From positions 81,344 to 145,343 of the forward strand of contig CBFFRP010000096.1 of assembly GCA_965644295.1 (NCBI GenBank): 64,000 nucleotides of DNA, written 5' to 3'. The DNA is from Paraphysomonas bandaiensis (Eukaryota > Protista > Chrysophyceae). Under the pieces are notes generated by a model, which worked only from the letters and a program-made list of their open reading frames with translations, made no database searches and was not told where the DNA came from. Of the stretch, positions 50,901 through 62,639 are shown one piece after another; the stretch's first letter is position 1; every line of letters begins with the position of its first letter. The position numbers and the translations under genes were made by a program.

Positions 50901-53900
50901 TGTTCGTCCAGAATTCGGCACCAGAATCCACGTCTATAAATTTAGCGTAGACCATTTGGGAAATCCTAACACCCATTCTGCGTCCTAGGTACCCTCTGAT
51001 GCGCGCTTGGATCTTAACAGCAGACTCATGTCGCTTTATATTAAGCTTGCGGGCATTGGCCATCAACCGAACCCTGTGTCACGACGAATAGTTGTAAGGG
51101 TAACTGAATACCGTTTAAGCAAACCAATACTCACTTGTATAGTCCGTTAAGAAAAATGGCTAATCTGAACATACGCTGCAGTACATATAGAGAGTCGTCT
51201 ATTTTTCTTTTTGATGTTTGTATTGCACTGTGAGCTTCCAGTGTCGTATCAGCTTTCACATAAACAGCATTCTTGGATACATATCTATGTTACTTGTCAG
51301 GAGGAGGTAAGATTAATACGTTATAATAACTCACTCCAAAACAAGTTTCACGATAAGAGCGCGTCTTCCCGATAGCCTACCAAACGTGAACGAATTAATG
51401 ATTTCATTATTCTGCGCAATGGACTCTAGTCTAGAAATCGCCTTCCTAGATTTAGGTGGGGATGAAGGCCCTTGTTTGTCCGAGCCGGCGCTGGTGTTGT
51501 GCAAAGTTGAAGCGTCAATCCCATAATATTTCATGCATGCAATATGATATAAAAACTCAAGAAATTGAACAAAGTCTAAACCACGGCCACCTGTACCTTT
51601 AACCTATATCAATTGCACCAATTAACTTCATGAGCGTTAATTTGTGTGACCAACCTTGGTAAATATCATTTCAACTGTTTTAATTGTGAGTCGAGGAGTC
51701 TCCAGAAGACCTTTACACTCCTTTACCATTTTGAAAGCCTTACCCGAGTCCAATAAACCTTGTGGGCAGTACGACATGAAAACAGTTTGGGGTTCATGCT
51801 TCGGAAGCGGTGTTCTCGTCATTGCAAGCCTTCGCCATACCTATAGAAAAGTAACGAGAATCGGAAAAACAGACCACAATATACCTCATCAATGAGTGCG
51901 TAGAGCTCAGTCTTGGAGTACAACCTTTCTCCAGCAAGACGTGACTCATCGTTCAAGCGAACTTTGTGTAGCCTCAACCGCCGGGCCCTTACCCACAGTC
52001 TGTGGTACGCCCACTGCTGCAGACGATTGGCATTATTGCGTACGTTCCGACGCCAATCGCGAAACCATTTCATAGATCGGTACTGTTTGTGTGCATGTTG
52101 TATCTACATTTTCACCATTAGTTCATAAGTGAGGGTGCATCCGAATAACCTACTTTCATAGCAGCGTTGTTCCTTTTCCTGTACCAGTGAACTTTAAACC
52201 GCCATACGGGCTGAATTATGTCAACAGATGCCCTTACGGCATACCGCCGCACCCATGTTCGGTACCAGCTTTGAATGCGACACACAAGGATTATCTTGCT
52301 GTTCTTTACCATGTTTGTGAAGTAGCGAAGCATTCTAAAAGACTTGTAGGTTCGTTGAATCATACGGGCCTTACGTTCCATGCGCATAATATTTCGTTCG
52401 CTTCCAATCTTCAGGTGATCAAATGATATAGCGTCTCTACGCTTCGTGCTATTGTGCAATACGGCATGCATACGTCTTTGCTTGGCTCGTTTCAGTCGTG
52501 ATACTATGTCTTTATTCTTCCTCAAAACTAGGAACTTTCGAACTGCTGATTGGACTGTGATGACAATATTTAGCCTGATCTTTGCTTGCAACTTGCGTAT
52601 TTCTCTCTGTTTTGCAGCCTTTTTGCGACCAATCATTCCTCTGACTACTTTTTGAATTTTCCTTGCCTTTCCATGAAGCATTCTCTCATGCTTTGCCCGC
52701 CGTTCATCCCCCCTCATTAGCATAACCCACCACAATGACTTATACCACTTCTGAATGCGCATAGCTGCACCATTTTGTTCAAAGTAGAACTCAAATATGC
52801 CTTCGGGAGTTTCATACCGGGCACTCAATCTTTCCCGGTGGAGTTCCGACCGACGGGCACGGGTGGCCATGCGGCCAAGTAACCCTCGAAAGCAACGCTG
52901 AATGAGTTTTGCAGCTCTGATGCGACCAATCACTTCTTCCATAAGCTCAGCGGCCCGCTCGCTATTTCGGTAATTAACGAAGTACCGTTGAATAGAAATA
53001 GCTGCCCGATGCCGGCGGATAAAAGATTGATACTTATGGCGCACCACCCATCCCCTATAAGCTGTCTGTATTAAAGTGGCTCGTTCGTGTTTGTTCATAG
53101 CAGCAATAGCCTCTGTTTTACTTCGAGATTTCATTTCAAGTACACGTGCACGATGCAAACGTGCGGCTCGTCTCCGGCCAATGAACCCCCTTACCATCCG
53201 AGAAATACTCATTGCCGAAGTGCGCAGTAGTATCTCAGTCAGTATTGCTGCCTTCTCTCTCCAAATGGCTATTCCCTGACGCAATAGACGTATACGCATT
53301 TTCTTTAAAATATTCAGAACGCTATCGAGAGCTTTCGACTTTATCTGGTCAAACATTTTGTGACTTACAAAGTAGTGCGCCGGTATCATCGTAAGCGCAT
53401 CGTTGATACATAATTCCGTCTTGGCTTCAATCTTTTGAACATCACGGAAAGCATTACTGTGCTTTTTCTTCAGAGTTTCATACTTTTGAGAAGGGTATTT
53501 GTCATGCACCTTACCATCAGATAAGTCGAAAGCAGTGGTATGTGGAAGTGTATAATTCTGAGAAGATTCTTTACTTCTAAGAAAGGCGTCCACAGGGACC
53601 GCTCTTTTAATCTCTCTCCGCTCACGAGAGGTAGAGATCGATTGAATAGCCCCTGCTGTAGAGTGTCCTGCTGTAGAGTGTCCTGCTGTAGAGTGTCCTG
53701 CTGTAGAGTGACCTGCCGTAGAGCGTCCTGCTGTAGAGGGCCCTGCTATAGAGGGCCCTGCTGTAGAGGGCCATTGACTGGTCCGAGCTGTGGTGTTGTT
53801 GTTCTGACCTCGACGAACTTGAAACTCTTTCGGATTAGTGAGTCCATATGACTCTGCAAGAGGAAGACTGTTAGCAAGAGAGAATGGCTTCTTATCGATT

Positions 53901-53938
53901 GATTTCAATGATTCTAAGAGATTAGCTGTTGATTCCAT
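47913..53938 (-). CDS. Large IQ calmodulin-binding-motif protein with WW-like and B-box zinc finger domains, multi-exon
   Basis: Many IQxxxRGxxxR motifs (IQTAYRGWVVR, IQRCFRGLLGR, IQKVVRGMIGR, IQARIRGYLGR). WW-like EFWTNKRLGTSQWVKP. B-boxes CSDC..CDECDRQMCDPCFASMHRSG..KSH and CVEC..CIPCDEVYCDTCFQFAHRRG..LH. Consecutive minus-strand ORFs separated by short introns; not every junction was verified. Confidence 0.75.
53652..53771 (-). repeat. 15-bp coding minisatellite (PSTAG/HSTAG x ~8)
   Basis: CCTGCTGTAGAGTGT units, translated PSTAGPSIAGPSTAGRSTAGHSTAGHSTAG... Confidence 0.9.
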
Positions 53939-55292
53939 GTGTTTATATCAGTTCATATGAGTGTCTGTTAATATACACATACACACCCCTCTCATACATA
54001 CGTATATACATACTAGCGCATAGGGTTCGATCCTATACGCTGTTTGGTACTGTGTTTCAACTTCGTGATGTGGTTTAGTGGGTGTTTACATGCATATATG
54101 TATGTATGTGTATATGTATGTGTGTGTTAAATGAAGTGTGTGAATGAAGTGATAGTATACAGAAGTATATATATGTACGTGTATCTTCATATGTTATCAA
54201 CAGTGTACTGCTGTATTCTGTATATATAGGAGTATAGCTGTTATTGTTATTATATATACAGTTGTAATACTGTCCTGGACTACAGTTCACTGAAACGGTT
54301 AAGTGCTGTAGTGTGCTCAGTATACAGCAGTATACAGCGTGTACCTCGTCTAGACAGCAGAGGTATATGTACAGCAATACATACAGTATTGGTGTGTACA
54401 GCAGTACGGTATATGTGTGTATAGCAGTACGGTATGTGTGTGTATAGCAGTACGGTATATGTGTGGTGTGTTATATACCGCAGGGACGTGGCGGTTGGAT
54501 TGACTCATCTTGTATATCTTTGCACAGCACAGACGTCTCATTATTATATAAATGAGATATCTTACGTTCTTCTCTTATCGATGGAAGAGTGGTTATTTCT
54601 ATGATCGAGATACACTCTTTCAACTTGCTAACTGTATATGTATCGGCTCCGTACATGTATGACTGATGCTTATACAGCTGTTATGATTATACGAGGATGT
54701 GATGCTTCATAATGCTTATCTAAAGAACTACACTTGTACTTCTCAGTTCATAATAAAATATAACTACTGACATTTCATGGCGTTAACTAAGACAGAATTT
54801 CACGCTTCAACAACTGCAGAATTTCGGTATCTACTTTACATATTGTATTGTCAATGCGATTTAGCTGCATATATAATACATGGTATAATTATCTAGCACA
54901 TAAGCGATATATACGTTGTGCATTAAGAAACCATCTCGGATAGACAAAGAGAACAGAACCTAGTCCGCATGAATGCACGTTATTGTCGAGTGTTATAACT
55001 CATGATAGTTATTGCGTATTCCAGTTAAGCTGTAGCTGTTATCTTCGTAGTGGGGGAATCGTGCAATTGTACATCAGTCAGATAGTTACTTTTGCATGTG
55101 AAAATAATTATTCTAGTTACGACAATGTTGCCGGTGACGCATACATTCATTCGAACAGCATGGACAATGTACAACACCATCCACTATGTTAATGTTCATG
55201 AAATAAACAAGTGTTAATATGTTCAACATAGTCAGTTAACATGAAAAATTAAGCCACATAAAGCTGCTGATCACTCACACGGTGTTTTAGGT

Positions 55293-58200
55293 CTACTCTT
55301 CGCCATACGAATATATAAAGCTCCATAACATATCAGGTACCTTAGACATCTTCCCCGACCTTGAAATCTCATCTATATTGAACTCTCTGGCTAGGTTGTA
55401 CTTCCAGTTATCACTAAAGCATTCCAAAGTCATGAGAGTACTGCGTAATAAGTTTGCCGCAGCTTCTCTTTTTTCACTCAGGGAAGATACGTCCTCATCA
55501 ATCGAACTTTCGCTGTCATCAACATGCAAAGCAAAAGCGGCGAAATACTTTTCCGCCACTTGTAAGGAGCCTTTAGACCATGGGCCTCTGGCATTGTTTA
55601 GCACTATCTTAAATGCTACATCTGCAGTTGCTCGCTGCAACGCATTAAACGCCTTGCCTTCAATGCTGTTTAGCATTTCAGGTGACATGACGAAAGCACA
55701 CAAATCATCTACCATTGATTCTATGCGGGACACACCCTCGCCAAAGAAGCTCTGCACTGCGCGGTATCCTGGAAATGCATTCCCGAATTGTTGCGGCATA
55801 CGCAAAATTGAAGGAATATTAGAGGGACGAATTTTATGCAGAACGTAGTACATCCATGTTTTCGCCTTGCAATAAACATACTGATTAGGATTTCCAAATG
55901 CAGTCATTCTGTTATAGACAACAAATCCCTCCGCATCCGGAAGAACCGCCCTATCCATGTCCAAATTCGCTGGGGGAAAGATCTCAAAGAAATCGGACCA
56001 AGTGCAATCCCCTCCAAATACTCTTGCCAAGTCTCTGAGAGCTTGTCGTGTCTCACCAACGCTGCGCATCCTCCAGAACGTTGGCTCATAAAACGGGTGC
56101 GACGGAATATCAAAGTGAGGTGTCCATACAAGATGTCCATCAGGAGTTGTCACAGAGCACCCCAGATAAGACAAGCCACATTGATCTTCAACATAGCTAC
56201 ACGCCAGCTCAGTATGAGGCTTTAAGTCGAATGCACACATGCGATTCGGTCCACCTATAGCTTCCCATGCGTGCATCTCGACGCTGGAGAGCTTACCAGC
56301 AATACTGGCAATATCATGGATGAAAGCATCCAGCAGTGACATACTACACAAGGTTTCTGATGTTCCAAAGCGACGAGGGGGGACTTGAATTGAAAGAAGT
56401 TCCGACGGAGAAAGACCGGATTTCGAAGCCTTCAACAACTCTGTGTGTGTAATGTTATAAGATAGTGCCATCGAGCAGGCCATCCAGTACTGAATATTTC
56501 GCTGCGTCAGCATTGCAGTTCCATTGGAAGCGGGAATCAGCAAACCACCTCGCAGGACTCGACGCGAACTATGGATAAATGCACTCACAAAATCATCTGA
56601 TACATACTTTGCAGCTGACTGCCAAAAACTACATTCTGGGGTCCCCGCTGCCATAAACATTACTCTGAAACACATCCCGTCACGCTTTGAGCTACATACG
56701 CATTCATCGATCCCAAGAGCTGCTTCCTCGTCGCCCTGCATCGCACGTATCGACAACTGATAATGTGTAGCAAAGTGAGAAATATCTTCCTCGCTATTAA
56801 CGTTAAGATCTTGGAGATCAGTGATACCGTGCTCTTTGTCACCAGCAATCTCTGGCCCGCGTGGCATGGCCGATACAACTCGCCATTCATCTCGAACTAG
56901 CAAACACACAGGGGAGCGCGACTGGATATTCCATGGGGCTGTCCACTGACGATTTACTCCATCCTTGTACTTAATGATCATACAGCTGTTCGCCAGCCTC
57001 TCGAGCTGAGCAACACGCTGTTCCCAGTCATGAAGTGAAACTTCAGAAATATCCACAGATGAAGGTACTGAGTATCCTGGAGCAATGCGCGAGAAATATT
57101 CTGTAGCTAGTGCCACATCTCCCACTTTCACTGCAAGAGCATAGCTTGCGATACGGTGCAGGGAACTAAACGGAAAACTTACAGTATACTGGTTCGCGTT
57201 AAACCACTCCTTCAGCGATTTGGACACCTCCTCCTGAGTTTGAAATCGGGCAGATAACTCCCGCTGTAACGTATTCAGTAGCTGGGGCATGTTCATATCC
57301 TCATATAAAGAATTTCCATTATCCGAAATGTTAAACTCAGGTACGCTGCGGAAGCATTGAGCAATTTCAGTGGACAAGAACTGCAAGAAAAGATTTGGCA
57401 ATTCCTGACCTCTCCTGGAAAGGGTAGTGGCAGTACAAGTCAGGTGGGGGCATTGAGTCGACAGGTATTTCTCCGGGAATTCTGATGCCCATACAGGACG
57501 GAGGGAGGTTAGGGTAGAAAAGCGAGTTCCTTTCATTTGACTGGAGAAGGGGTGAAGTATACTGAAGGGGCCAGAAGTTGCCACCTGCCGCTCATATGTC
57601 ATGTCATGCCGAGCACAATCACTATCCTGCAAAAGGGCTGGTCGCACAGGATATATATGCACCCGTAAGGCGTCTACAGCAGCAGGAGGCATAATCTGTG
57701 AGCGGGCCCCAGCGTAGAAGGTCTGCATTGTGTCAAACAGCACGACCTGACCGTGAAGTAGGAGCTTGTTCGCCTGTTGGCACATTTGCGAAGAAACTTT
57801 AGACTTTACCCCGCCGGACTTTACACCCTGTTCTTTCTCGCGTGATGCAATTTCTTGAACACATTCGTAGGCCTCTTTATACGACACATCTTCTTGCCGC
57901 TTACCCAAAAGAGCTGCACCGGTACTATGTATAAACACATCGCGCTGTAGGTGGTGAATACATCCCGAAGGTACCCCAAGTGACTCCATCTGAGCGCGCA
58001 GAAGGGACGCTGTATAGCTCTTACCACATGCTGACGTCCCCATTAAAACGATGAGTATCCCTTTGAGCGGCCGACCACCCAGCTCCCCACATTTCATTAG
58101 ATCTAACGCTCATTAGTCAAATACATTTGAATTATATAAGTACCTGCGAGTCCTACACCAGTAGATGCCAGGGCTTCAACTTTCTCACGCGCTCTCTCAT

Positions 58201-59017
58201 CGTCGCCAAAACATACCGTATCACTCTTCACATTTTGCATGCGTACAGCTCCCGCCGAGTCCGCCTGAGCAAGATCGTAGAGGCTCATCCGCAAGCCACG
58301 AGGCAAAGTGGCTAATAAACGTGAGGTAAGTGGATGTGGAGCGCGATTGGGTCCACACATATGATACAAGACAGTATCGCACATGAGATCCCATTCCTCC
58401 GCAGTGAACCAAGGGAGGTAATGTGCACCCCACATATGCCGTAGCGTAATGCTTCCAACAATGCAGTGGCAAGGAAAACCAACTGTACCTGACTTTGAAA
58501 CTGTGCGTGTGTTCCCCTTCCCGATATCATGAAATAACGCGCACACGCCCTTCTGAAATAGTTGATACTCTGTGAATTCGTGATGGCGTGATAGAATTCG
58601 AAACATTGCCATGCACCCATGAGTGAAACAATCTTCCAGATGGAAAGGGCATCCGCTATGAATATGTTCCTTTGCAGAGAGGGCCAGTATTTCAGCAGCA
58701 GATGTTTCATACTCACACTCCGTCGTACCATCCGATTCTTTTGCCATAAATCTGACAGATAGAAACACATCCAGACTCATAAAATACGCCTCAATTGCAG
58801 GACACCACTCGACAGTGGGAGAGAGAGGATCAAGGTCGTGTATGAGTGACTGTATGGAGGTAAACAGAGTCTGTATAGAGGGACTGTTAAAGGGCGATAG
58901 AGACGAGAACAGATCCCTTGTTAAACCAGCGGCTGTTTTGGATAGGTCAAAGGAGTGCTGGTCCACTCCATCCAGTCCGGAAATATCCGGATATTCGCAC
59001 ATGGGTATCATAACCAT
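55293..59017 (-). CDS. Putative trifunctional RNA repair enzyme: HD phosphoesterase + P-loop polynucleotide kinase + Rnl1-type RNA ligase; 1227 aa; exons 59017-58144 and 58102-55293
   Basis: A 41-nt GT-AG intron joins the 304-aa and 934-aa ORFs in frame (GLA-D-LMKCGE). HD: PFHLED..TH, ALFHDIGK, FPCH, YHM, QADSAG. Kinase: LMGTSACGKS, LQRD, VLFDT. Ligase: SKRDG (I), WEAIGGPNR (III), DAEGFVV (IV), CKAKTWMYYVLH (V). Confidence 0.8.
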
Positions 59018-59646
59018 GTATTTAATATTATCTTATCTATACACTGCTATCTATAGAGAGATATGGATGTATACTGCTGTGTATACTGCGCTGTATGCTG
59101 CTGTGTATAGTGCTGATGTCTAGATGTGGCTCCTGGAGATAGTTATACACTTCACAAGGAAAATGCGAGAAATATCCTACAGGATAATACCCTCATATCC
59201 CTGTACACTACACTGCTGCTGGTACACACGAAGTCTAGAAGTGGTATCGGCATCCTTTGTATATTTTTGTTCAAAGATGCCTCTAATATTGAGACAACAA
59301 TTATCTGTATACCAGCCGTAGTTGTATTGAAGTAATATAGAGGATATTAGCTTCTATTTATTTCCGAAAAATATGATGCGATACATGGTCAGTCACTACA
59401 TACAGCAGGACCAGACATTGATATCCCATATATGGGATATTATTTTTCGGGGAAATATATTTATGGCCAAATGGGTGAGTGGGAGAGTGGCTGTGAATGG
59501 CGGTGAGTGGGGTGCTTGTTGTTCTATATATAGAATGATCCACACACCTTCATAGTACACGACTCGACATACATATCCAGGCAGTGATCTCGATTGGATT
59601 ATACTAACATCTCTACATATTGAAAGTCTTCATATCTATCATTGTG

Positions 59647-61709
59647 ATGTCATCTTCATCTGGACTTGTGGAGTATAATCACTTAACATCTGAAGGAGAT
59701 GTAGAGCTTGGCATATCAAACGGGAACGACGACGAGGCTAATCTACAGGCTCCTGGATCAATGAATGGAGCCAATAATAAAAGCTTAAGATTCTCTGGAG
59801 GGGGAATGAAAGAAGCTGTACTTGCATGGAATAAACTTGAGAAGTTTGTGGATAGTGATGGTGCTAAAGGTGATAAGAAGCAAATATTGTTTGGTGTGAG
59901 TGGGATAGCTCGACCAGGTGAAATGATTGCCTTAATGGGTCCAAGTGGAAGTGGGTAAGATAGAAGTTATATATGTTTATATTCTATTTTAATTTTATAT
60001 TAGAAAAACAACATTGCTGAATGTTCTTGGCGGTCGAGGACGGGCGAACCTCAAGGGTACAGTGTACATTAACAACGAGCCATTTAAAAAGTCGATGAGA
60101 AGAAATGTAGCATATGTGTTACAAGAGGACATTTTCTATACTGAGCTTACTGTTCGGCAGCAACTAACTATTACATCTCATCTCCGCCTACCTGACTCTG
60201 TTTCAAGAGAGGAAAAGCGTGAAACAGTTGAACATGTCATCAAAACCCTACGCATCGAGAAGTGTGCGGACACAAGCATCCTCTTAATATCTGGAGGAGA
60301 GAAGAAGAGGTGTAATATTGGTACGGAATTGCTTACTAACCCCAGTATCCTTCTGTTGGACGAGCCAACTTCGGGGCTCGACAGCACTGCTGCGCACTCG
60401 CTTATAGATACCATGCGCTTCATGGCATCTGAGCGGATGACTATCATATCTTCCATCCATCAGCCTTCTTCCAAGGTGTTTTATGCATTCACCAAGTTAA
60501 TTTTGCTTGCTGATGGGCATGTAGTATATAACGGCCCACCCACCAAGTGCTTGGCACATCTAGCAACACTCCAGCTTGTTCCTCCTGCAGAGTACAACCC
60601 GGCTGATTATGTTATGGATCTAGTGAATGACACAGAGTCTGTGGAGGGGACCAAATCTGTTCGCACTCGCATGATAGAGGGATGGGACGCTACTGCGACT
60701 GAGCAAGAGGTTGAGACCAGTTTGGGTGGGTCACACGTGGATGCAGGAGATGGTGATGATAGCGATGACGGTGACGGAATGGGCAGTACAACGAAGTACC
60801 CATCCAGTTATGCCACGCAGTTCATAACCCTTTTCGGTCGGGCTCTTGTAGTATCAAAACAAAAGTCGATGACTAATTTGCAAATTTACCAGACTATTGG
60901 TCTTGCCTTAATATGTGGCTTCTGTTGGTTTGACATGGACTACAGTGAAAAACGTGTTGACGATCGCACTGGTTTCATATTTTTCTTCATGACTTTCTGG
61001 TTTTTCATGACCCTATTCCAAGGAATGATGCAATTTCTTCCAGAGCGTACAATTATTCTCAAAGAGCGGGCTGCAGGATCTTATCGACTGTCAGCGTATT
61101 ACCTGTCTAAGTCCATGTCTGAGCTTCCTGTACGACTTTTTCTACCGTTCGTCTTCTTGCTGATATCATTCCCAATGGCCTCTCTCTCTCCCTCAATAGT
61201 GGTCTTTATTCAGGTAGTTGGTGTGCAGCTTCTGGCAGCTCTAGCCGGGGAGTCGATTGGTGTGTTCGTTGGGACCACTACTCTGGACTATGGTATGTGA
61301 ACATTGTTGTGGATTAATATCTCTGTTAATATTAATTGTCATTGTAGAGAAAGCGATGGTGACTGCCACTCTTACCTCTATGGCCCTCATGCTTACTGGT
61401 GGATACTTCGTTCAGAATCTGGAGGAATTTGTAAAGTGGGTACGCTACTTTTCACCATTCTCGTACAGTTATAATGCCTGTCTTCGACTGGTATTTGATC
61501 GTGACATCCCCTGTGATGATGGCTCTGTGTTTGCTGAATGCGCTGTCCCTGGAGTTAAGTCAGTTCACCCATCGGTTGTATTTGACTATGTGGGACAAGA
61601 GAATAGCGTTTCCTATAATGTTGGGCTATTGGTAGTATTCATTGTGTTCTTTCGTATTGCGGCCTACCTTACTCTTAGATTTGTCCCGCACAACAACGGG
61701 AGGAAGTAG
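59647..61709 (+). CDS. ABCG (White-family) half transporter, 3 exons
   Basis: NBD-TMD order; Walker A GPSGSG|KTT split by an intron; ISGGEKKR signature; LLLDEPTSGLDS; SSIHQPS; NPAD; KERAAGSY; multiple TM helices. Confidence 0.95.
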
Positions 61710-62639
61710 AGTAGTGTGACGTTTATTATTGCCTTCGTCAGTTGAGCACATGCCCTTACACAATGCAGTATTCAATATATAGTATTGTCCATAGTGCCAT
61801 CAGAATCAGCCAATTTGAGGAATCCTCAATTTCTCCCCCTTGCTTATTCTAGATAGGGCACCATTTAATAATATCCATCATTGCAAATTGCACTTACTCT
61901 TTGAATTCGAATACGCAGGTTGGATGTATATAGCTAATAATAATCGTAGTAATCGAAGCAAGTAAGAATCAGAACTAATGTAGCATTGAAATTTAACTAA
62001 CTAGTGCTTGACTCTGATATCTAATATGTAGAGTAGTGATCCCCCGAGCAAAATATGTCGGTGTAGAGTAAACAGTAATCTAGGGGAGAAATATATGTGT
62101 GGGTCCGAATAGACAATAGACCCAGCATGTACCACAACGTCGTGCTAAGAGGCCTGCCATAATTAAAGACGCATATCGAATATAAAAGATAGAGAGCCAA
62201 AGTATCTGTTGTGCCCAAGATTGTGGAGGGGTCCTATTCTAAGATTCTAAGGGCCTTAACAGAAGTTGATATTATTTGCTAAGGTTTACTATTCTCAAAT
62301 GATAAGATGAAATTATAAACATTACATGATAAAGAACCTAAGTTGTGTTCGATGTGTTCAACACCATTCATTTACTACTATAGTGTACAAACCACACACT
62401 CAGTGATCGTATCCTGTATAGTCACCCACTTCTGCTTCAGTTTCATACTACACAATATAATGTACTAATTACATATATATCTTTCGATCCTTGCATCCCA
62501 CACAATACTGCACTCAATTGCAAGTATATAGAATCTTCAGATCTCAACAGGCCTCTTCCGTGTTTATGTTTTGCGATATGTCGCGAAAAGCAGCCTCGGT
62601 TCTTTCTTCAAATTAGTGACTACAAGAATAAAAATTGTT

